This document shows positions 33,194-39,858 of a DNA stretch of 39,858 nucleotides, piece by piece (the first letter of the stretch is position 1; the number at the start of each line of letters is the position of its first letter). Made by a program: the position numbers and the translations under genes. Below the pieces are notes generated by a model. That model was not told the DNA's origin. It worked only from the letters and a program-made list of their open reading frames with translations, and searched no databases. This stretch comes from Eubacteriales bacterium. Its GTDB lineage: Bacteria > Bacillota > Clostridia > Oscillospirales > CAG-272. The stretch covers positions 1 to 39,858 of the forward strand of contig JAZSGD010000192.1 of assembly GCA_045532555.1 (NCBI GenBank). Direction: 5' to 3'.

Positions 33194-34273
33194 TTATTTG
33201 TACTTATTCAAAACAGCAACGTATTTGGGATTGTTCAAAAGCTCAGCATGTCTTCCTCCCTGAGGATGCAGGAGACCCTCCACGATCCACACAAGAAAGT
33301 CATCCGCCGTCACCGACACCCTATCAGGAAAATATGCTTGATGAACAGCATGGTCAGTCTTTATAGCCTCAGCGATTTTTTGTGCCGCATAAAGATTCAT
33401 ATCCAGCACCGCAACAATGTCTTCATCAGCACCGCCTCGGAAGGTCATATCATTTCGGATCCTTCCCAAAAAGGCTTCGGCAAGCCCTGCGAAGAATATA
33501 TCTCCCGTCTCATCCAATGCATTCAGCATAAGCCGTCCGTATTGAAGTGCCTTTTCTCCCTTTTCTTTCATAGAAAGTGTTGTATCGAAGAATATTTCTC
33601 GTCCAAGCTTATCTCCGGCAAAAGCCACAAGCTCGTACATGTTCTTACTGACCCAAAAATAATACTCCGCAGTATCCTTAGCAAATAATTGCTCACTTTT
33701 CTGCCCTGCGGTGAGATACCAATTAATAAATTTCGTTCTATATATCTCTAGGGCCTCGTCAGTCCTTCCCTCTGAGTGCAGAATTTTTGCCCTCATATTC
33801 CATGCATTGAGACGAAGCACCTCTTCGGTACATTCGTCAAGGATCTTGTCGCATATAGCAAGAAATTCGTCCTTATGTGCAATCAACACCTTGGGATCAT
33901 TGTCCGCCGCGTCGCCTCCAATGTTCCACATATAATAATGCATAATCCAATAATCATTTGGGTAATCGTGGTATGCTTTTGTGATGATTTCTCGCGCGTA
34001 AGGCCGATTTTTGTTCTGATTTTTCCTATACAGCGTGATAACCTCATCAATTTCGGCTTGAACCTTTTTTTGATTGTATCCCATCAGTTCATCCAGCGTC
34101 ACGTCAAAATAGTATGCCAAGGGCTGTAGAAGCGTAATGTCGGGATAGGTCTCTCCCCTCTCCCACTTGCTGACCGCTGCACAGGTTACATTCATCGCAA
34201 CAGACAACTGCTCCTGTGTAATATCCTTTGCTGTGCGCAAGCGTTTAATATTTGCACCAATAGTCATTTCCAT
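33194..34273 (-). CDS. XRE-family HTH transcriptional regulator with a long helical (TPR-like) C-terminal domain
   Basis: HTH segment TQEQLSVAMNVTCAAVSKWERGETYPD is followed by ~290 aa of helical sequence. GGGAGG RBS precedes ATG 34273. Confidence 0.8.
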   Translation of the reverse strand: MEMTIGANIKRLRTAKDITQEQLSVAMNVTCAAVSKWERGETYPDITLLQPLAYYFDVTLDELMGYNQKKVQAEIDEVITLYRKNQNKNRPYAREIITKAYHDYPNDYWIMHYYMWNIGGDAADNDPKVLIAHKDEFLAICDKILDECTEEVLRLNAWNMRAKILHSEGRTDEALEIYRTKFINWYLTAGQKSEQLFAKDTAEYYFWVSKNMYELVAFAGDKLGREIFFDTTLSMKEKGEKALQYGRLMLNALDETGDIFFAGLAEAFLGRIRNDMTFRGGADEDIVAVLDMNLYAAQKIAEAIKTDHAVHQAYFPDRVSVTADDFLVWIVEGLLHPQGGRHAELLNNPKYVAVLNKYK

Positions 34274-34318
34274 ATCAGTACCTCCCAAAATAGTAAGCCG
34301 ACGTCTGCTTCTGCTTTT

Positions 34319-34327
34319 ATTATAGCA
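34319..34327 (-). promoter_or_regulatory. extended -10 promoter for the XRE regulator 33194..34273
   Basis: Minus strand reads TGCTATAAT, with its 3' edge 46 nt from the ATG. Confidence 0.5.
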
Positions 34328-34423
34328 TAAAAATATGTTTTGTAAAGGTAATGTTAGGAAAGTTCATGTTAACTCAAAGTTGAAAAGTTGTAGGTTGAAG
34401 ATAATTTTCTAAGCAAAATATTT

Positions 34424-34441
34424 GCCCCGCCGAAGCGGGGC
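34424..34441 (-). terminator. intrinsic terminator after the frameshifted XRE paralog
   Basis: GCCCCGC-cgaa-GCGGGGC lies 11 nt after the stop, followed by AAATATTTTGC on the minus strand. Confidence 0.65.
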
Positions 34442-34452
34442 GAGAAATTCAG

Positions 34453-35261
34453 TTATCCTATGAGATATTGCGAAACAGTGTAATTCCTTTTGTTGAGCAC
34501 ATGCATTGCAGTTAATACCATGTATGCTGCAATACCACAATGACCACAGATTAAATATCCTCTGTCCTCCGAACGATTATCTGCAATAAATTCAATGATG
34601 CGATTTTCAGTAAATAAAAGCAACAGCTCATTCAAACGGGATATTTCAATATTAGCTTTATCAATGAGTGTTTGCTTTGATGTTGGAGTATCGCAGGACA
34701 GAGCCAAAATCAGCTTTTGTCCGTCCTCGCTGCAAAGAGTCTGCATTACTTCTACCGTGCTTTGATCGAAGGGCGAGAGTTGATTGATAAGTGATGATTT
34801 AATAACACAAGCCACACCTTGATCGTCCCAAATCTTCGTACCAAACGAACCAATAATTCGGGTGTTTCCGCTATTTTTACTTTTCCTGCAGGATTAAATT
34901 CCTCTGCAAAGTATATGCCTTTCCACATTTTCCAAAGGTCTTCACCAAGCTCCTGATGAGGGTTATGGTTTGGGGTACATTCTTTATTTGCCCAAACAAA
35001 CTCTGTTGCAAGTTGCTCGATTTTACTTGATACGGCATCAAGATCACCGCTTGATTTGGTTTCGAGAAGAACATCTGCGGAAATCTTGTAAACATCACTG
35101 ATGGTCTTTAGATTAAAGCAATCGGGCAGACAATCACCCGCCTCCCATTTTGATATTGCCTGTGGAGAGACGCCTACTTTTTCTGCAACTTCTTCCTGCG
35201 TCATACCAAGCTTTTTTCTGTGATTACGAAGCTTTTCGCCAAAGATTTTTTGATCTAACAT
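34453..35261 (-). pseudogene. XRE-family HTH regulator paralog, split by a 1-nt frameshift (ORFs 34752..35261 and 34453..34815)
   Basis: The N-terminal ORF has the HTH TQEEVAEKVGVSPQAISKWEAGDCLPD. The second frame is open from 34893 down to 34453. Adding one A to the A4 run (forward T-run 34881..34884) fuses the two into a single ~269-aa ORF, the same size as the 13010..13822 paralog. Confidence 0.55.
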
Positions 35262-35306
35262 ATTCTATCCTCCAATATTTTTTACGGATAGCTATCTTGT
35301 GAGTAT

Positions 35307-35315
35307 ATTATAGCA
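35307..35315 (-). promoter_or_regulatory. extended -10 promoter for the frameshifted XRE paralog
   Basis: Minus strand reads TGCTATAAT, with its 3' edge 46 nt from the ATG. Confidence 0.5.
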
Positions 35316-35526
35316 AAAAACAAACCAACTTGCAATAGTAAAAATGTTGAGTTTCATTATGCTAATTCTACATCAGGTTGAATTTTATGCTTTTCGGATG
35401 TTTACGTCTTGGAGCAAGCATAGCGCGTGGCAGTTCGCCGCGCGAAATCGGGCAGATGCCTGATCCCACTATAAGAAGAAAAGCTTATAAAAAGGCTCGC
35501 CAGATTGTCAAGCCGTTGCTATAGAA

Positions 35527-35558
35527 AACACCACCAAAGAAAATTCCTTGGTGGTGTT
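35527..35558 (-). terminator. intrinsic terminator after the rhamnosidase gene
   Basis: 11-bp stem AACACCACCAA/TTGGTGGTGTT with a 10-nt loop. The stem runs into TTTTC on the minus strand. Confidence 0.7.
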
Positions 35559-35613
35559 AGTTATTTCTCTGCTAAAGATATATCGCAGATTGGTCGGGTT
35601 TTTTCTTGTTTCA

Positions 35614-38199
35614 TCAAAGTTCGAGGATATATTTGCCTACAGAAAGCTCCATAACTATACAGCCGTTTTCAATTACACAATCCTTGACATTGAGCCGCTC
35701 GCCGTTGACGGTAAGCATTTCGCTGTCGGTTACAAGAGGTAGGTAAAGCGTTGTGCTTATGGGTGTTTCGGCTTCATATCTGAATACTCCGTTCTCAAGA
35801 TGCCACTCGGATGAAATAAAGCCTTTGACCGAGTTATAGGTCGCCTTTACATACGTGATCCTTTCTTGACCTGTGGGTATCTCACCCTCGGTTCTTGTGT
35901 CAGGTTTGGGTTGAAGTATGAGATGATCAAATCCTGCCTCGCCGACCTCAATTCCCGCAACGTAGCGGTACATCCATTCCTGAATAGCGCCAAACGAATA
36001 ATGGTTAAAAGAATTCATACCGACATTTCCAAATCCTGTTTCGAGGGTGTATGAATTCCACCTTTCCCAAACAGTGGTCGCACCTTGATGAACGCTGTAA
36101 AGCCACGAGGGGTCTTCGGTCTGAAGCAACAGCGAGTATGCTATGTTGTTTTTTGCAAACTTTGCAAGAGTTTTGCAGAGTATTGCCGTGCCGACGAATC
36201 CCGTGGAGAGCTTGTAGCCATTTTCGATTATCTTTCGCTCCAAAGAGTCTGCAGCCGCGGGAATTTCACCGCTGTCAAACATATCTGTATGAAGAGCTAA
36301 CAGATAGCCCGTCTGCTTTCTGTATTCGGGGAGAAGATCTCCGTCATCACCGATATAACAGCGGCGGAAATCCTTTCTTACTTCAGAATAGACGTTTTTA
36401 TATTCGGCTTCCTTTTCGCGATTGCCGATGGCGTTGTGAAGAACGCACATTATCTGTGCATCGATTGCGTAGTACGCCTTGCTTATATAACTGTTGTCGA
36501 CGGGATCGTATGCCAACCAGTCACCGTAGGTGGGTATGGGTCCCTGCATTCCGCGTGACGCGAGCCAATCCATATATGTATCAAACGAGTCTATATTTTC
36601 CCTTATGATATCAAGATCTCCGTACATGCGCCACATAACGTAAGCGACGATCAAGGGCGCGTCTGCCCAAGCAGCTCCACCTCCTCCAACGGCTCTTGTC
36701 ATAGGTATAACGTCGTGGTAAAGACCGCTAGGATGCTGTGAATCGCGCGCGTCGGTGAGCCATTTTCTGAAAAATTCGAGCACGTTTGCGTTGTATGCCG
36801 CAGTGTTACAGAAGAATTGAGTATCTCCCGTCCAACCAAGGCGCTCGTTTCGTTGTGGGCAGTCGGTGGGTACGCTCAAATAATTGGAGCGCTGACCCCA
36901 TATAATATTGGAAATAAGCTGATTGACATCTTTGTGAGACGTTATCATGCTTCCCGTCTCTTCTATTTCAGAGCCTACCACTAATGCGGTGATATCTGTT
37001 ACTGTCAGATCCTCCGTGGCGGGTATTTCTATATAGCGGAATCCGAAGAATGAGAACATTGGGCAATAATGCTCGCCGTCTTCACATCCGTTGGCGATAT
37101 AGTATGCCTTTGATTTTGCATCACGATAATTTATCGTGTATGCAGAACCCTTTGCGTTATCATTGCCACGAGATATAAGTCCGCTATCGTTGAGCATCTC
37201 TGCAACTCGGATCTGGATATATGCTCCCTTCTCGGTTTTTATAGAGAGATTGGGAAAGCCTACGAGCTCCTGACCGAAATCGACCAGAGCCGTTTCGCCC
37301 TTGTTGAGTGTGAAGCAACGGTTATTTTCGACTGTTGAGATCACGTTGATCTCTCCGTAATCGCTTCCGTTGTCCTTCGTTCCGTCATATATAGTAATGA
37401 GTTGGGGCTTTCTTGAAAGATGATGCCGTATTCTTACCTCGGGACCGATAAATGGGACGATTTCAATCTCCTTAAGCTTCTTGCTGATTTTGGGAAAATG
37501 AGGAACGTCGAAGGTTGATATTACGGTATCATCCGACCATTCGGTCGCATCCGTCCAATCGGAAGCATCAAAATCTACGTGAGAAAGCTCTTCATACGAC
37601 GTGAGCATAGCGTTATATATCTCTCCGTCGTAGAACTCTGCGGCGCGAATTCTTCCGCCCCAGAGGACTTTCCACGAGCTATCGGTGCATATCTTCTCGC
37701 CTCCGACGTTTATTTCGGAGCAGAGCGCCAAGGTGGGAGAAAAAGAATTGTTTACTGCGTATGATTCGCAGCAGATCCTGCCTGCCCACCATCCTGCCGC
37801 GAGGACGACGAGAATAACGTTATTGCCGTCGCAGATATAGTCGGAGAGATCGTAAGTGGTTGCCATAACTCGATTGCAATATACCGTCCAACCGGGGTTA
37901 AATTCATCGTATACGGTGTTTCCGTTGGCATTTTTTACACCGACTCTCTTGCCGTTACACCATACGTTATAGATGCCCAGAGCAGTTATGGTTATTTTAA
38001 CGTCATCTGATTTTCGGCAGGAAAATTCTTTTCTGAACATAGGAAGACCACCGTTATTTTCAATGGGCGCGAACTGGATTTCGTAATCATCGTGACGGGG
38101 AGTGTACTCAATACCCTCCCAAGGATTTTGGGGGTCGTCAATAATGAGATCGTTTGGTTTTTTACATTCGATCCATTTTGAATGAGGCATAACGTTCAT
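35614..38199 (-). CDS. alpha-L-rhamnosidase (glycoside hydrolase family 78)
   Basis: 861 aa. DCPQRNERLGWTGD is the hallmark GH78 catalytic-domain motif. The N-terminal bacterial rhamnosidase domain pattern is present, with no signal peptide. Confidence 0.9.
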   Translation of the reverse strand: MNVMPHSKWIECKKPNDLIIDDPQNPWEGIEYTPRHDDYEIQFAPIENNGGLPMFRKEFSCRKSDDVKITITALGIYNVWCNGKRVGVKNANGNTVYDEFNPGWTVYCNRVMATTYDLSDYICDGNNVILVVLAAGWWAGRICCESYAVNNSFSPTLALCSEINVGGEKICTDSSWKVLWGGRIRAAEFYDGEIYNAMLTSYEELSHVDFDASDWTDATEWSDDTVISTFDVPHFPKISKKLKEIEIVPFIGPEVRIRHHLSRKPQLITIYDGTKDNGSDYGEINVISTVENNRCFTLNKGETALVDFGQELVGFPNLSIKTEKGAYIQIRVAEMLNDSGLISRGNDNAKGSAYTINYRDAKSKAYYIANGCEDGEHYCPMFSFFGFRYIEIPATEDLTVTDITALVVGSEIEETGSMITSHKDVNQLISNIIWGQRSNYLSVPTDCPQRNERLGWTGDTQFFCNTAAYNANVLEFFRKWLTDARDSQHPSGLYHDVIPMTRAVGGGGAAWADAPLIVAYVMWRMYGDLDIIRENIDSFDTYMDWLASRGMQGPIPTYGDWLAYDPVDNSYISKAYYAIDAQIMCVLHNAIGNREKEAEYKNVYSEVRKDFRRCYIGDDGDLLPEYRKQTGYLLALHTDMFDSGEIPAAADSLERKIIENGYKLSTGFVGTAILCKTLAKFAKNNIAYSLLLQTEDPSWLYSVHQGATTVWERWNSYTLETGFGNVGMNSFNHYSFGAIQEWMYRYVAGIEVGEAGFDHLILQPKPDTRTEGEIPTGQERITYVKATYNSVKGFISSEWHLENGVFRYEAETPISTTLYLPLVTDSEMLTVNGERLNVKDCVIENGCIVMELSVGKYILEL

Positions 38200-38229
38200 A
38201 AATTTGCTCCTCCGATTTTATTTCAATTT

Positions 38230-39858
38230 TTAGAAAAAGCTTAATTGGTCGGTTTCGTCAAGTCCTTCGAGAACCTTGTTATTTCGAAGCACGTCGATAA
38301 CGGATTTTGTGAGTTTCGCTCTTATTTGAAGATCTTCGACCGAGAAGAAGGGTTCCTCGTCTCTTGCAGCGACAATATTCGCAGCCGCGTTTTCACCAAG
38401 TCCCGACAGTGCCGAGAAAGGCATACGGATCGCACCGTTTTCGGGTACGAACGCCGAGGATTCCGATTTGATGATATTGATGGGAAGGAATCTGATTCCT
38501 CTTGCCATAGCTTCGTTGACAAGCTGCAGTGTGGGAATGCTCTGTTGTTCCTTGGGAGAAGCCTCCTTGCCGCGCTTTTCAATGTCCTTTATGGTTGCAA
38601 TGATCTTACTCTTGCCGCCCATAACTATCTCGGCATCAAATCCGCCGGGGGCTACGGTAAGCATAGCGCAATAGAAGGCTATAGGCTCGTGTACCTTATA
38701 CCAACCGAGACGGATAGCGGACATAACGTATGCCGCCGCGTGTGCTTTTGGGAACATGTATTTGATCTTTTTACAAGATCCGATATACCAATCGGGAACG
38801 TTTGCGGCTTTCATTTCTTCTTCCCACTCGGGAGTAAGTCCCTTACCCTTACGAACCGACTCCATTATTTTGAACGCGTGCGATTTTTCAACTCCGAATG
38901 CGATAAGGTCGTTCATTATGTTATCTCGACATCCGATAACGTTTGAAATATTACATATTCCATCGTGGATAAGATCTTGAGCATTTCCTGTCCATACGTC
39001 AGTTCCGTGTGAAAGTCCCGATATCTGTAAAAGATCGGAGAATGATTTTGGTTTTGCTTCCTCAACCATCTTGATAACGAATCTCGTGCCGAATTCGGGA
39101 AGACCGTACGTTCCAATGTTGCAACCTAGGATATCGTCGGGAGAAATTCCGAGAGTCTTGGTTGAAAGGAAAAGCTCGTAGACCGATTTATCGTTCATGG
39201 GCACTTCCATAACGCTTTTGTTTGAATACTTTTCGAGATACTTGTACTTAGTTGGCATATCGTGTCCGAGCTCGTCAAGCTTGAGCAGCGTATCGTGTAG
39301 ATATTCGAACGTAAAGTGAGTGGTGACTATGTTGGAATTGGGGTCGTCTGCGGGGTGCTGTACTGGACAGAAATCGTATATTTCGTATTCCTTGGGAACA
39401 ACGACGATACCGCCGGGGTGCTGACCGGTTGAACGCTTTACACCGACACAGTTGGAAACTATCCTGTTGACCTCGGCGCGTGGCAGACTGATCCCCTTTT
39501 CTTCAAGGTATTTCATAACGTAGCCGTATGCCGTTTTGTCTGCAAGTGTACCGATAGTGCCTGCTCTGAACACGTTTTCCGCACCAAAAAGTTCCTCGGT
39601 GTATTTATGTACCTTTCCCTGTACTTCACCCGAGAAGTTGAGGTCGATATCGGGAGATTTGTCTCCATAGAATCCAAGGAAGGTCTCGAAAGGAATATGA
39701 TGTCCGTCGGCGTTAAGCTTCTCGCCGCACTTAGGACATTTTGCATCGGGAAGGTCGAAGCCCGAGCCTACCTTGAGCGGATTTGAGAAGTCACTGTACT
39801 GACACTTGGGGCACCAATAGTGAGGAGGCAGAGGGTTGACCTCTGAAATACCCGCCAT
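38230..39858 (-). CDS. polC: DNA polymerase III alpha subunit, PolC-type (C-terminal ~540 aa; N-terminus lies outside the window)
   Basis: The zinc-finger segment CPKCQYS...CPKCG, the polymerase palm/fingers motifs and the PolC C-terminal end are all recognisable. The ORF runs to the window edge. Confidence 0.95.
   Translation of the reverse strand: MAGISEVNPLPPHYWCPKCQYSDFSNPLKVGSGFDLPDAKCPKCGEKLNADGHHIPFETFLGFYGDKSPDIDLNFSGEVQGKVHKYTEELFGAENVFRAGTIGTLADKTAYGYVMKYLEEKGISLPRAEVNRIVSNCVGVKRSTGQHPGGIVVVPKEYEIYDFCPVQHPADDPNSNIVTTHFTFEYLHDTLLKLDELGHDMPTKYKYLEKYSNKSVMEVPMNDKSVYELFLSTKTLGISPDDILGCNIGTYGLPEFGTRFVIKMVEEAKPKSFSDLLQISGLSHGTDVWTGNAQDLIHDGICNISNVIGCRDNIMNDLIAFGVEKSHAFKIMESVRKGKGLTPEWEEEMKAANVPDWYIGSCKKIKYMFPKAHAAAYVMSAIRLGWYKVHEPIAFYCAMLTVAPGGFDAEIVMGGKSKIIATIKDIEKRGKEASPKEQQSIPTLQLVNEAMARGIRFLPINIIKSESSAFVPENGAIRMPFSALSGLGENAAANIVAARDEEPFFSVEDLQIRAKLTKSVIDVLRNNKVLEGLDETDQLSFF

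Noticed and set aside
1-39858. A search for CRISPR arrays, tRNA/rRNA genes, IS elements, integrases, toxin-antitoxin pairs or known defence-system hallmarks.
   Set aside because: No regularly spaced direct repeats, cloverleaf-like GC-rich segments, transposase/integrase motifs (DDE, R..H..R..Y) or defence ATPase/nuclease genes were recognised. The only repeats are the two intragenic tandem arrays and the short promoter and terminator duplications reported above.

Overview
The window looks like a chromosomal segment from an endospore-forming Clostridia-class Firmicute, judged from spoIVA, spoIIID, a pdaA-like gene, PolC-type Pol III, SLH-domain and BspA-type LRR proteins. I call 33 protein-coding genes. 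Two are cut by the window edges (an ABC exporter at the 5' end, polC at the 3' end) and one looks frameshifted. I saw no rRNA, tRNA, CRISPR array, transposase or integrase. Housekeeping genes are murA, an RluA-family pseudouridine synthase, rlmB, a second TrmH-family methyltransferase, dut, polC and the TIGR03960/TIGR03936-type radical SAM pair. They are interleaved with sporulation genes, sugar-related genes (SDR, ThuA-like, GH78 rhamnosidase) and several uncharacterised genes. No classical defence or mobile system is evident. The unexplained items, in rough order of interest:
1. A dut-linked pair of G3E/COG0523 GTPases. One has a (DGECCHHEHEHHHH)n tract. The other fuses a G3E domain to a DUF1980-like 'TCCADD' domain, and no permease is nearby.
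2. A 936-aa membrane protein that looks like a catalytically dead P1B-type ATPase. It has a ~380-aa acidic N-terminus with 45-bp tandem repeats and is translationally coupled to the radical SAM operon.
3. A cysteine-rich protein with seven consecutive Cys codons, in a sporulation-rich neighbourhood.
4. An ECF-like sigma factor with a ~330-aa soluble C-terminal extension and a duplicated promoter and leader.
5. Three paralogous XRE-HTH regulators with long helical C-terminal domains (RNPP-like architecture), one of them broken by a 1-nt frameshift.
All functional calls rest on motif recognition by eye. No database search was possible.
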